This document shows, piece by piece, positions 47,537-57,698 of a stretch of 64,000 nt of DNA. The number at the start of each line of letters is the position of its first letter. Position 1 is the stretch's first letter. The position numbers were made by a program, and so were the translations under genes. The stretch covers positions 1 to 64,000 of the IMG/VR virus record IMGVR_UViG_3300032173_000003; one strand, written 5' to 3'. This DNA comes from a virus. The notes beneath the pieces were generated by a model that did no database searches, was not told the origin of the DNA, and worked only from the letters and a program-made list of their open reading frames with translations.

Positions 47537-48571
47537 TTAGTTTTTGTTCTTTAATAGCCATTCGTTACTAATTACTTTGAATGAGAATGAGGAATCGTAG
47601 GATTTGAATACCAGACCTTCGCGCTTGACTTCAGGATTTAAAGAAGGGCCAGTGGCATAGCTGAGCAATGCTTCGACATTATCAAAGCGGCTAGCCACAT
47701 AAGTGCGCAAATCCCAGATTGGAGTGTGCTCAAGGTTGGCCCCAAGGGCAATCAGAATGTCCTCAAGGAAGGCAAGACGTTGACCGGGCTTCATGTAGGT
47801 CCCGGCATCAATGTCAAAGATGTCAAACAGGTACAGGCGTTGGCCTTGAATTTTTTCCTGATTACCCTGGATTCCTTCGCCAATGAGTTCACCTTGGATA
47901 GCCACATTGTGGCCAGTCCTTTTGTTGTAAGCAAGCAGTGCCTCAACGATGTTTTGATCTCGGGCAGCTTTCCAGAAACTGTTCCCTTCTGTCTCTATCA
48001 AATCAAGGTTACGGCTGCATACACCGACCTCTCCATCCTTGACGTAGATTGTGCAAGAGGAGCCGTCGAGTTTGATAGTGACCTCAAAGGACTCATCTTT
48101 GTGCTTCTCAAAAATGTCCGAAACAACGTTCTGGCAACGTTCCTGGTCAGTTTTTGGAATGAAGCTGGGGAAGTTGCCCCTAGCTGTACCTGCAAGGCAG
48201 GCAGGGACAGGTGCTTCCCATTTTTGAATGCCCAGGGTTTCTGTAACATCGGTTCCAGGGTCACGGAAGAAGCTAAGCTCTACCGGCAGCAAAAGCCCCT
48301 GCGACAAAGTACCCCTGAGTCGGATAGTTCTCAAACGTTCACCTTTCACCCCATTATATTCACGGGGCTCTTTGCCTTTACTGAGGAATGGGGCAAGTTC
48401 GTGGGGGATCCATGAATCCACCTCACAATAAATCACAAGGTCGTTTACTTGATACTTATTGATAGTATCAACAACCCACCAACCATCTACCCGATAAGCA
48501 CAAATCTTATCTGCTTCTGGAATCGGTTTAATTTCTTCAATTTCTCGGATTGTTGCCAGTTTTCGTGTCAT
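47537..48571 (-). CDS. RNA ligase, DRB0094 family
   Basis: RKLATI, YCEVDSW, LSQGLL, FPSFIPKTDQERCQN, KLDGSS, QGELIG, REGLVFK, FKVISN. Confidence 0.9.
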   Translation of the reverse strand: MTRKLATIREIEEIKPIPEADKICAYRVDGWWVVDTINKYQVNDLVIYCEVDSWIPHELAPFLSKGKEPREYNGVKGERLRTIRLRGTLSQGLLLPVELSFFRDPGTDVTETLGIQKWEAPVPACLAGTARGNFPSFIPKTDQERCQNVVSDIFEKHKDESFEVTIKLDGSSCTIYVKDGEVGVCSRNLDLIETEGNSFWKAARDQNIVEALLAYNKRTGHNVAIQGELIGEGIQGNQEKIQGQRLYLFDIFDIDAGTYMKPGQRLAFLEDILIALGANLEHTPIWDLRTYVASRFDNVEALLSYATGPSLNPEVKREGLVFKSYDSSFSFKVISNEWLLKNKN

Positions 48572-48960
48572 TTCTTAAGTAATTAATTGCGGATTCTAAT
48601 AATTGAGGAGAGTCTTTGAATAATCCAAGTCCTTTATTGCATCCATTACACAATAACCCCCGGATTTGTCCTGTATTATGGTCATGGTCCACGGCGACAA
48701 CCTCTAAAGATTGACCTTTTCTTCTTTCTGGAAGTTTTTAATTATTCTCACATATGGAGCATTTTCCTTTAAAAACGATCTAATAACCCCAAAACTCATT
48801 TAGAGAAATTCCATACTTTTTGTTCAAAGTATGATTTCTTTGCATTTCGTAGTAGGTATCAATTTTTTTTTCTTTTTTCTCTACTGTGGGTAATACACAT
48901 CTCACCATTAGTCAGAGTATTACACCCATCTATTATACACTTTTTCTTTTTTCTTGGCAT
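48537..48960 (-). pseudogene. decayed endonuclease-VII-type homing endonuclease
   Basis: Hand translation: KYGIS...KGKCSIC...VDHDHNTGQIRGLLCNGCNKGLGLFKD; one A-run frameshift plus in-frame TAG and TAA. Confidence 0.85.
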
Positions 48961-48961
48961 T

Positions 48962-49066
48962 TTATTCACTTCCTACAATAGCGCACTCGATGGCGTCAGC
49001 GTCGGGGATGGGCTTAATGTACGTGATTTCACGGATGGAAGCAAGTTTGCGGATTGTATCAGTCAT
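48962..49066 (-). pseudogene. orphan 5' fragment of the RNA ligase gene
   Basis: MTDTIRKLASIREITYIKPIPDADAIECAIV vs MTRKLATIREIEEIKPIPEADKICAYRV. Confidence 0.8.
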
Positions 49067-49321
49067 TTGCTCAGTTGGTTGTGTTCTTTTGTTCGTTGGC
49101 CCACTCTACAAACTCCTCTACTTTTTCAGCAGAGGGGTATACTCTGTGTCCAAAGTCCTCTTCGACCTTTTCGTGATAAAAGTCCTTAAGCTCTACGTCA
49201 GTCAAGTCTTCGATGTCGTCTGCATCGATGTTAAAGTATTTGGGGCGGGCAGGTCCAGCGTACCCGTCATCAATCAGGTACTGGGCTCTAAAGGTTTCAC
49301 TCACTGTTTTATGGTTGGTAA

Positions 49322-49912
49322 TTAGGAGGTGTATGTGCATTCATTGTCGCTCTCAATGAAAGTGCTAGGGCCGGAGCCAACACAATCAATCAAGTACCTG
49401 CTTTCCAGTTCCTCGGCCAAACTAAAACCAACACCTTGCCAATGCCATCTACAGTCAGGGTCTGAGTGGGACAGGTAGTCGCTGTATGAACTCCACTGAT
49501 GACCCGAACCTTTAGCTTCCCTCCTGTATACCCCAGAATCGTACTTAAAGTAATCCTGACGGAGACCCTCCATATGGAAGCGCTCCATGCGTTTAGAGTC
49601 AGGAATCTCTTCCAGCAGCTCCATGAGTCTACCCGGATTGTCCTTCAAGTACTCACAGATTTTCTCCAAATTTTCGTCCCGGTTAGTGCTCATTGTTAGT
49701 TGAGATTTGGTTTGTGGTTTTTGAAGTTGGCTATTCTGTTCAAGGTATGACCAAAGGAAATCACCGGGGTCAACTCTTGTGCCGCCCCAAGGACTGATAT
49801 AAACTCTGTGCCCAGCTTCACAGTGAATTGTGCTTTCACCTGTCTTAAAGTAGTGGATAGTATCTTCTAGCCACCGCTTGAACCAGCGTTTTACCGTACT
49901 GGTTGGTTTCAC
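49322..49912 (-). CDS. hypothetical protein
   Basis: 196-aa ORF. Confidence 0.6.
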   Translation of the reverse strand: MKPTSTVKRWFKRWLEDTIHYFKTGESTIHCEAGHRVYISPWGGTRVDPGDFLWSYLEQNSQLQKPQTKSQLTMSTNRDENLEKICEYLKDNPGRLMELLEEIPDSKRMERFHMEGLRQDYFKYDSGVYRREAKGSGHQWSSYSDYLSHSDPDCRWHWQGVGFSLAEELESRYLIDCVGSGPSTFIESDNECTYTS

Positions 49913-50163
49913 TTAAAGAAACCTGTTGCCAAAGCAATCGCTAACATTATTGCGGCAATCGCTATAAAAATCAGAAAGCTGATCCAAATTGGAGACAAGA
50001 CCCAGATCCAGGGCCATGCAATATAACCCGTTAACTTAAGACCAACAAATAGTACGGTCAGCAAACCAGTGAAGCCAATGCCAGAAGAAGAAGAAGAAGA
50101 GCTGCCCATTGTTGAATACCGTGTTGCCCTAGTATAGCTCCTGAGGCGGGATCGTAAATTCAC
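49909..50163 (-). CDS. small membrane protein
   Basis: GIGFTGLLTVLFVGLKLTGYIAWPW.WVLSP; start probably MGSSSS. Confidence 0.7.
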   Translation of the reverse strand: MNLRSRLRSYTRATRYSTMGSSSSSSSGIGFTGLLTVLFVGLKLTGYIAWPWIWVLSPIWISFLIFIAIAAIMLAIALATGFFK

Positions 50164-50465
50164 CAGTCCCAGTCCCTTTCAATTAACTGCGTCACACCTT
50201 GACTTGCCAGCCACATCATGAACTTTGACTTGAAGCATTCGCCGCACATGTCAACCTCCACTTCCTGTCCGTAGCCGCCTTCGGGGTAGGAGTGCCCGTA
50301 TTTATGCTTCACAGTAACTTCATCCACTTCGAAGCTTCCCTCAACAATACCCTTCCCGCAAAGGTCACAAACTACCTTTTCTTCAACCTCTCTTGTGTAT
50401 TCAACTTTAACCGTCTTGTAGTGTTTCATTTTGCCAGTCCAATCATCGTTCAAGTCCCAGAGCAT
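50160..50465 (-). CDS. Zn-ribbon hypothetical protein
   Basis: CDLCG...DMCGECF. Confidence 0.65.
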   Translation of the reverse strand: MLWDLNDDWTGKMKHYKTVKVEYTREVEEKVVCDLCGKGIVEGSFEVDEVTVKHKYGHSYPEGGYGQEVEVDMCGECFKSKFMMWLASQGVTQLIERDWDW

Positions 50466-50991
50466 TAACCTCTTCGTCAGTGAGTTTAGCTAGCGCACTT
50501 TGGCGAAGCACTCCTTTACGATCTTCCCCTATTTTCCGACCGGTTTCTTTCCACCAATCGTAGATATTGCTGGTCTCGTCCAAGAGTTCAATCAAAAGCC
50601 CCTCGTATTCAATCAAAGTCATTGCCTCCTCTAGATACTTGAAAAGAATTTCCGGAAGGTCTTTGTCTGAGACTTCCAACCCGTACTTTCGGAGGTTGTC
50701 GGTAGCTTGGTTTTTTTGGCTGGGGCGAGGTTCAAGAGTCTCGTTGCCAATAAGGTCCATGTAAGTCATGGGTCTTTTGTTTAAGGGTTCGTACTGACTC
50801 AGAAATTTTGACAAGGGGAGAATAATGTGGTTTCCCATGAAAAGGTACCGGACATTTAGTTCTGGTTCCTTCTCACCAGTCAACAGACGGTTGGTAAGAA
50901 CTCGGGGAGGGTACAGAAGAATTTGAACTTCATGCTTGGGGTGAAGCTGGTTTACCCAGTAAGAACCTGGTTGAGGGAGTGTATCAGTCAT
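50443..50991 (-). CDS. hypothetical protein
   Basis: Ends ALAKLTDEEVNALGL. Confidence 0.6.
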   Translation of the reverse strand: MTDTLPQPGSYWVNQLHPKHEVQILLYPPRVLTNRLLTGEKEPELNVRYLFMGNHIILPLSKFLSQYEPLNKRPMTYMDLIGNETLEPRPSQKNQATDNLRKYGLEVSDKDLPEILFKYLEEAMTLIEYEGLLIELLDETSNIYDWWKETGRKIGEDRKGVLRQSALAKLTDEEVNALGLER

Positions 50992-50993
50992 TG

Positions 50994-51335
50994 TTAAAGA
51001 ATCTCACTGACAGCCTCATCCGCAAGGTTACGGCAGTTGCTGCGTCGGTACAAGTATAGCACAGCCCAGTGGGGATGCCCGTAAGCACCACCCGTATAGC
51101 TGTTGTCACCCGTTTGGTAATTCCAGCTTACTCCGGTTTCATCGATGGTTGCCCCAACAGTGACCTGAATACCCGGCACCGTATCATCCTCATCAATGCG
51201 ATACTCATTGCTGATCTCGGGTTTGAGACCCTTGAGCAGGGACTCCACCTCATTGCGAAAGGTGGAGATTTGGCGTGGTTTCAGTGTCATTTGAGATCCT
51301 TCCATTGTTGAATAACTTGGGGTTGAACGAACCAT
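50994..51335 (-). CDS. hypothetical phage protein
   Basis: WNYQTGDNSYTGGAYGHPHWAV. Confidence 0.65.
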   Translation of the reverse strand: MVRSTPSYSTMEGSQMTLKPRQISTFRNEVESLLKGLKPEISNEYRIDEDDTVPGIQVTVGATIDETGVSWNYQTGDNSYTGGAYGHPHWAVLYLYRRSNCRNLADEAVSEIL

Positions 51336-51859
51336 TCTTTAGGGTTATTATCGGATCCTACCGCAAAGTCAATCTCCATAGTTTGATTTGACTTAACGAT
51401 ACGGGGAACTCCGTATTGCACTTCACCTCCCGGAGTAGGAACATAATTCTTATGTACCCAAGCCCAAAACTCAGCGAGGTCAATTTCGATAGTGCCTTCA
51501 GCAGTATATGCCATTGTGTTACTCAGTTACCGTTCAGAAAATCAGCCATCGCCTCCTCATACTCCTCGTAGGTGGCAAAGCGGTCCCTAAGCAGTGCGGG
51601 AACCTCACGGGCAGCCTTAGCAGGAGCCTGAGGCAGATCACGGGCTTTTTCCCGGTAGTAAGCGTGGTAGACGGAGCGGTCGCTTTCCATGGTTGGTGGT
51701 TGTTGGCTGGTATAGGTTAATTGTAGCACTCTGCCACGGAGTTGGCAAGGGCGGCTCAGCGACCGCCTTGCTTGCATCAGTATAGACCTTCTGGCATCCT
51801 GAGTCAACCCTTAGCGCTTTAGCCCGGTTCTTCGCCCCATAGAATGGTGTAGAAGGTCC

Positions 51860-52123
51860 TTATTTTGTCCTTCGGACCAAGTTCAGCGAAGTTGAAGTCT
51901 CTTTCTCGCCTGTAGCTATTCCACTCACTTCCAGAAGCTTGGGAGGCAACCATTGCTCATAGGCATCGCACACCCTGTCCCGTTCTTCTGGGGAAGGGCC
52001 AACCATTTTGAAGGGATTGCCTAAAGGGGTACTGCGGTGAACTGCCGCTCTGATTGTTCCCTCCGGTGGTTTCATCGGTCGGTTCCCAATGTGGTACTTA
52101 TTGACGACTTTTATCTCAGTCAT
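51860..52123 (-). CDS. DUF4326-like protein, apparently truncated
   Basis: VVNK...R.TPLGNPF...RD.VCDAY; no C-terminal Cys/His motif seen. Confidence 0.5.
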   Translation of the reverse strand: MTEIKVVNKYHIGNRPMKPPEGTIRAAVHRSTPLGNPFKMVGPSPEERDRVCDAYEQWLPPKLLEVSGIATGEKETSTSLNLVRRTK

Positions 52124-52340
52124 TTTTCGACCATGAGGACAGACTGTCTAAGGACGTAGGGACTGAGAACGAGGATATTTCCCTTATCATCTTCAATTGA
52201 GAGGGAACCCTGATCATTATGGCAGTTATCACCAACTCCCTCCATCTGAAGAATTAACTCTTCATACCGAGTTTCATTGAAAGGTTCGTGAGCGGTTTGA
52301 ACGATTCCGAAATCTTTTGTAATGATTCTGATTCTCATTT

Positions 52341-53435
52341 TTAGATACCTAAAAGGTTGTCAAGTTGGGTGGGCCTAAGGGAACCTAACCACTGGCTAAA
52401 GTTGCCGTATTTGCCAGCACGGAGAGCGAAACAAGCCCCAGAAAGTTCTTTGGACTCAGCTAGGACAACTTGGGCAAAGTCCTTCTGGTTAAGGTCTTTG
52501 TGGGCCGCAACAGTGGCATTTACCCAATGTCCCATCGTTTCGATAGAAGCAATGTAGGAATCGAATTGCTCCTTGTACTCGGGGAAATGAAGCAGAAACT
52601 CTTCTAGGTCGTCATTGAGAAACAACTCAGAGAAGTCCGGCTCACCGTTACCACGCACCCTGTGCAACTGGCAATAAACATCAGATTTTGCCTTAGCCCG
52701 CCCTGAGCCATCAAAGAGGACAAACCCCTCATGGTCTGCTCCACGATTGTTAATCACGGACATCAAACCTTCCATGCTGCCAAAGTCATATGACTTTGCA
52801 ACTTCGTAACCATGTTGCAGACCAAAGTCTTCCAGGTCCAGTTCTTCAAAGTCCTGGGTACGGTCCCTAACAGCAAGCAGCGGTAGCTGCGGCTCAGCGT
52901 AATCCACTACAATGCGGTTGTCACGGTGGCACAGTTCAAAAATGTAGCAAAGGTCTGGATCCAGAACTTCTCGGGAATAACCAACTCCGTCGAAGACGGA
53001 CCAGAACAACTCAGCAAATGAGCGCCCAGTCGCACCAACCTCTGCAGCAGCCGCAACTGTACCGGAGGTTGAAACAATCCATTCACCCCCATAGTTGAAC
53101 ATTTTTATTAGCGAGCCATCATACTTTTCATAGACCTTGGTACTAGACCAGTCTAGTCCATGACAGTGGCCTTCGCCAACGTTGAAGAACCGGTCGAAAG
53201 CATACGCCGCTAGCTTGTAACAGCCTGTGCTGTCACGCTCCACTACCGCACCACGGCAAGCGCAAACTAGCGGATTTGATTTATCCGCCAGTATAGAGCC
53301 GTATTTCAGGTTGAAGAGATTCGGGTAGCGCTCATCTCGGCCGACACGAATGTCGTACTCAGCCAGTTCTTCCAGGGCATTAGAGCCCCGCTCATTCAGC
53401 CAGCCAATGAGGTAGTGGCGAAGATTCAGTTCCAT
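52341..53435 (-). CDS. T4 Rnl1-like RNA ligase
   Basis: CRG, FDRFFN, YEKYDGSLI, FELC, EGFV, KAKS. Confidence 0.88.
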   Translation of the reverse strand: MELNLRHYLIGWLNERGSNALEELAEYDIRVGRDERYPNLFNLKYGSILADKSNPLVCACRGAVVERDSTGCYKLAAYAFDRFFNVGEGHCHGLDWSSTKVYEKYDGSLIKMFNYGGEWIVSTSGTVAAAAEVGATGRSFAELFWSVFDGVGYSREVLDPDLCYIFELCHRDNRIVVDYAEPQLPLLAVRDRTQDFEELDLEDFGLQHGYEVAKSYDFGSMEGLMSVINNRGADHEGFVLFDGSGRAKAKSDVYCQLHRVRGNGEPDFSELFLNDDLEEFLLHFPEYKEQFDSYIASIETMGHWVNATVAAHKDLNQKDFAQVVLAESKELSGACFALRAGKYGNFSQWLGSLRPTQLDNLLGI

Positions 53436-53465
53436 TGTTTTCAGTGGGTGGTTTACTTTAGTGAA

Positions 53466-53951
53466 TTAATCGTAACAGTACTGCATCCATTCCGGGACCT
53501 TGTTAAGGGTGCGGGAAGAGAATCGGATGTTTGGAGACGTTGGCCTCTTCATCAAAGGGACGCCCCATTCTTCAGGGGTTCGGTTGTCTTTGGTGTTGTT
53601 ACAATCAACGCAAGCGCACACAAGGTTTTGCCACTCATCTTTACCACCCCTTGACTTAGGGATTATGTGGTCAATAGTTAGCACATTCTTGGAGCCCCCG
53701 GATGTGCCGCAGTATTGACACATGAAGTTATCGCGATGTTTGATTCGCTTGGGCGTGGGCTTACCTGCCATAATCCGGCCGAGGGGTAACCTAACGTAGT
53801 TAATCAAGCGGATAACCCTTTGGGAAACGACCCTCGCCTTGTTCTTCAAGACCAAAATAACTGCTCGGCGCCAGGAAGTTTCGTTGATTGGCTCATACGA
53901 ACTATTAAGAACCAAGATAGTTTTTCTGTATGTCAGTTGGAGCGCATCCAT
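53466..53951 (-). CDS. HNH endonuclease (McrA-like)
   Basis: LVLN.SYEPI, RD..MCQYCG, TIDHIIPKSRGG, WQNLVCAC..CN. Confidence 0.9.
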   Translation of the reverse strand: MDALQLTYRKTILVLNSSYEPINETSWRRAVILVLKNKARVVSQRVIRLINYVRLPLGRIMAGKPTPKRIKHRDNFMCQYCGTSGGSKNVLTIDHIIPKSRGGKDEWQNLVCACVDCNNTKDNRTPEEWGVPLMKRPTSPNIRFSSRTLNKVPEWMQYCYD

Positions 53952-54267
53952 CGGCCTTCTCTCTTTACTTATAGTGAATAATACCTGTGTCAGTTCCGAG
54001 CAACTTTTTTATACAAAAAAGCAAGCAACCCGATAGATAGAGTTCCCAGCATTGCAATGAACAGGGTGTCCACGACAACATTGGGGAAAACTACCGGGTC
54101 GCCTGCGGTATTGGCTGGAAGTCCAGGTTGGTGGCTAGTCATGGGGGTTCCTTGCGGTTCCCACTTATTATAGCACGTTTTACCTGTAAGTCAACCTGCC
54201 CTATTGTAGGTTGTTTGCCATAAGGTGAACTTGGTGGGGAGTCGTTGTCAACTCCCCAACACTAACA

Positions 54268-55233
54268 TCAGTTTCCGATACGCTTCACAGCAATCCTCGA
54301 TTTATTGAGAATGCTACCGGCAAGGGGAACATAACCCAAGTCATCAGCAATCATTTGTGCCTTTGCGCTCAGAGCATAATTAAGTGCCTGTTGAATATCA
54401 CTTGCTTTCCTAGCACCATTTCCGGTCTTATAGGCAAGAACCCAAGTCAGAGTAGAAATAGGATAAGCACCAGAAGCAGAAGGGTTGGGATTTTCTCCAG
54501 CAAGGTTACTATCAAGTGTAATACTATTCAGAGCAATAGCACCAGATTTAGCATTAGGAAGAACAAACTGTCCTGCTTTGTTTTGAATTGCTGCTGCTTG
54601 GAGTTTGTTTGCTTTTACGAACCCAGTATTCACATAACCAATAGAACCAGGAGTAGTCTTAACAGTACCAGAAACACCTTCGTTACCTTTGCCACCAATG
54701 CCAACAGGCCATTTTACTGACTTACCAACTCCAGGTTTCCAACCACCAAAAGCATCCAGAGAATTAGTGAATGCAAAAGTAGTTCCAGAACCATCAGAAC
54801 GATGAACAACGGTCATAGGACCTGCAGCACATCCAAGTGCTTTCCAATCCTTGATGCGACCGGAGAATACATCCACAGTTTGCTTCTGAGTGAGTTTCAG
54901 AGTGCATCCTGGTTTGTTATAAGCAATCGCAATCGTTCCACCTACCATCGGGATTTGAACGACACCACGCTTTACTTTACTTGCCTCTTTTGACGAAATA
55001 GGTTCATCAGTTGCACCGAAATCAACAGTTCCTGCGACATGCTGACGGACACCAGCACCAGAGCCAACGGACTGGTAATTCACACGGTTTCCAGACGATT
55101 GTGCATAATCTTGGAACCAACGCTGATAGATTGGTGCCGGGAAGGTTGCACCAGCACCGTTCAGAGCAGGTCCAGCAAGTGTTGCTACAGGAGCAGCAAC
55201 CATACCTGCAACAATAAGATTTTTAAGTTTCAT
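54268..55233 (-). CDS. pstS: phosphate ABC transporter substrate-binding protein
   Basis: GAGATFP, YQSVGSGAG, DFGATD, HRSDGSGTT, GKGNEGV, YPISTLTW. Confidence 0.95.
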   Translation of the reverse strand: MKLKNLIVAGMVAAPVATLAGPALNGAGATFPAPIYQRWFQDYAQSSGNRVNYQSVGSGAGVRQHVAGTVDFGATDEPISSKEASKVKRGVVQIPMVGGTIAIAYNKPGCTLKLTQKQTVDVFSGRIKDWKALGCAAGPMTVVHRSDGSGTTFAFTNSLDAFGGWKPGVGKSVKWPVGIGGKGNEGVSGTVKTTPGSIGYVNTGFVKANKLQAAAIQNKAGQFVLPNAKSGAIALNSITLDSNLAGENPNPSASGAYPISTLTWVLAYKTGNGARKASDIQQALNYALSAKAQMIADDLGYVPLAGSILNKSRIAVKRIGN

Positions 55234-55265
55234 AAAAAGTGAATAACTACAGAGTAATTGTAATG

Positions 55266-55301
55266 TAAGAAAGAACTAAAGTCCACTAAGATTTGGTTAA
55301 G
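55266..55301 (-). promoter_or_regulatory. Pho-box-like direct repeats upstream of pstS
   Basis: CTTAACC / CTTAGTG / TTTAGTT / CTTACAT at 11-, 10- and 11-bp spacing. Confidence 0.55.
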
Positions 55302-55303
55302 AC

Positions 55304-55332
55304 AAAAAAAAAGCACCCAAAGAATGGGTGCT
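55304..55332 (-). terminator. rho-independent terminator after the porin gene
   Basis: GCACCCA TTCTT TGGGTGC followed by nine T. Confidence 0.8.
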
Positions 55333-55356
55333 TCTACTCATATTATGAGTTGTTTA

Positions 55357-56835
55357 TCAGAAGGTGAACTTGGTTTGGATTACACCACCCCACTTGTTGG
55401 AATCTTGATAACGCTGATTGTTGTCAACGTAGAAGAGAGCGGGGGTGATGCTGATGTTATCGGTGACTTGGAACTTGTAGAAGAACTCAAGCATCGTAGC
55501 ATCACTTACACCAGCGGTTTCGGCAGAAGGTGCTTGTCCAACGGCAATACCAGCGGCATTACCAGCAACAAAAGCATCTTGCCACTGAAGACCAACAAAC
55601 CACGAATCAGAGTCCGTAGCATCGGTAGCGCCAACAGTACCACTGACAAAGTTATAACCATAACCAGCCGAGATAGAAGGAATGAATCCACTCTCGGAAG
55701 GTTGCCAGTAAGCGTTCAGAGCAACGGCATTGGATTCTTGACCATTAACCAGAGCACCATTGGCACCAAGGATACCGTTGTAAGAACGAGGACGGGTGCC
55801 CTCAGAACCGTAACGATAGCCTACACCAACACCCCAGTTAGGGGCCTTATAGCCAACCTGAGCAAGGAAGTTCAGAGCACCATCAGAATCAAAGACACCG
55901 GTTTCACTGTCGTCACCGTTTTGGGCAACATAGATTAGACCAGCAACGATTCCGTTTTTACCGACATACTGAGCACCGACACCAGCACCAGTTGCCTTGT
56001 TATAGACACCAGGAGCACCAGCAACGGCAAAGAAGTCAAGGATTTCCGACTTATATGCGGAAGGAACCCATGCCATCTCAGTGTTACGAACCAAAGGACC
56101 AGCAGTCAGAGTTACACCCTTAGAGACTGGGAACTGATAGTAAAGACGATCAATCTCTACAGAGCTATCGGTAGATTCTGCCTTATCAAGTTTGAACAAA
56201 GAAGAACTGGAACCGAATGGATCGCTGCTGAAATTACCAGAGCGGAGACGGGTACGAAGCAAATCCTTGCCTGTGAATGAAGTATCAAAGTTCAGACGGA
56301 GATCATAGTTAAATGCGGTGTTGCCAACGTTTCCACCATCATTTGTTTCTAGACCAGGAACTCCACCAAGGACGAAGGTTGCTTCACCTTTGAGTTTGGT
56401 TGTGGTTGAGAATTGAGTTGCCTCAAGTTGCCCAACCTTTGCATCAAGACCATCTACACGGGCAGTAAGAACAGTAAGTTCCGTCTTGAATTCTTTCAGC
56501 AGACGCTGAAGTTCATCTGTAGTTTCAGTCACACGGTCCAAGCAAGCATTTAGAAGTGCTGCTGCTTCGTAACGGGTCATTGCCTGACCACCGACGAAGG
56601 TGCCATTAGGATATCCAGCAACACAACCATAACGTTGTACCAGATTTTCCAGCGCCTGATATGCCCAATCCGTAGGACGGACATCAGAGAATTGAGTAAT
56701 ACTCGTGACCTGATCCAAGGGACCTTGGGAGTATTGGTTAACTGCGTTGAGGTTGAGTTCTGAGGCAGAAGCTCCGATGGGGGCTGCTACGCTCAGTGCC
56801 GCAACACTGAAGCCAATAAAAGAGTTGAGTTTCAT
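55357..56835 (-). CDS. som: cyanobacterial Som/OprB-type porin with SLH domain
   Basis: FSDVRPTDWAYQAL..LV.RYGCVAGYP (SLH), QFSTTTKLKGEA, C-terminal TKFTF. Confidence 0.9.
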   Translation of the reverse strand: MKLNSFIGFSVAALSVAAPIGASASELNLNAVNQYSQGPLDQVTSITQFSDVRPTDWAYQALENLVQRYGCVAGYPNGTFVGGQAMTRYEAAALLNACLDRVTETTDELQRLLKEFKTELTVLTARVDGLDAKVGQLEATQFSTTTKLKGEATFVLGGVPGLETNDGGNVGNTAFNYDLRLNFDTSFTGKDLLRTRLRSGNFSSDPFGSSSSLFKLDKAESTDSSVEIDRLYYQFPVSKGVTLTAGPLVRNTEMAWVPSAYKSEILDFFAVAGAPGVYNKATGAGVGAQYVGKNGIVAGLIYVAQNGDDSETGVFDSDGALNFLAQVGYKAPNWGVGVGYRYGSEGTRPRSYNGILGANGALVNGQESNAVALNAYWQPSESGFIPSISAGYGYNFVSGTVGATDATDSDSWFVGLQWQDAFVAGNAAGIAVGQAPSAETAGVSDATMLEFFYKFQVTDNISITPALFYVDNNQRYQDSNKWGGVIQTKFTF

Positions 56836-56884
56836 GCTCTATAGTAAGTTTTCTGTACAGTCCCCTAATAGAGTTTTAGGGGGA

Positions 56885-56956
56885 AGCGGATGATCGGATT
56901 CGAACCGACGACGTTTAGCTTGGGAAGCTAACATTCTACCACTGAATTACACCCGC
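56885..56956 (-). tRNA. tRNA-Gly(CCC)
   Basis: GCGGGTG/CATCCGC, U73; TTAGC TT-CCC-AA GCTAA. Confidence 0.95.
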
Positions 56957-57219
56957 ATTGTTTGATTTAGGTTCTTGACCCGGATTCCAACGTCTTGGGT
57001 TTCTTCCTCACTCATGGAATACCACAGGGTGTCAAGCTGGTCAAGTAAAGCATCTTCGTTGAAGGAATCTCCGAGTCTTCGAAACTCCAAACACTGGCCT
57101 AGTCTTGGCCAGTATTGATAAACTTTGTTTGTATCATACATTGGAATCACCCTTGAAGATGTTCAACCAGGTTAGTGTAAGCAGGAACATAATAACGCAA
57201 TCAAGTATGAGAAGTTTCG

Positions 57220-57582
57220 TCACAGGCGATAGATACAAACATTTGCAAGATCGCTAACGGTAAGACCGAGGCGACTAGCTGCACCGTGAGCGAGGTCAAT
57301 GATTCGGCCACCGTAGTAAGGGCCCCTATCGGTAATTTTTACTGAGGCGACCCTACCATTATCTCGGTTTACGACTTTAACCCAGGAACCTAGGGGCAGG
57401 TACGGGTGGGCAGCAGTCATTGTCCATTTGCGTAGTACCTCGCCGTTAGCGGTCAGGTTCCCGTAAAGACCGGGACCATACCAACTTGCTTGACCACAAA
57501 CTTTTGCATGAGCTGGGTTGGTCCCCAAGACCAAAGTTCCAGCAATGCAGATTGGGGCAATAACGTTTTTAAAGAATTTCAT
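57220..57582 (-). CDS. rlpA: RlpA-like lytic transglycosylase (double-psi beta barrel)
   Basis: Signal peptide; ASWYG, TANGE, TAAH..LP, ITDRGPY, RIIDL. Confidence 0.9.
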   Translation of the reverse strand: MKFFKNVIAPICIAGTLVLGTNPAHAKVCGQASWYGPGLYGNLTANGEVLRKWTMTAAHPYLPLGSWVKVVNRDNGRVASVKITDRGPYYGGRIIDLAHGAASRLGLTVSDLANVCIYRL

Positions 57583-57698
57583 GTAATGAGTAAAGAATCA
57601 ACAATCACGGCTCTGCTTGGCTACCCAAGTTGGCCTCATTATAGGTGACCTGGTTGGGGTAGTAAAGGGCGGTTGCCCGCCCCCGTTGAAGTTGTTAG

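Noticed and set aside
51780-52123. Programmed frameshift extending the DUF4326-like ORF
   Set aside because: The alternative frame I checked does not supply the missing Cys/His motif; a deletion fusion is more likely
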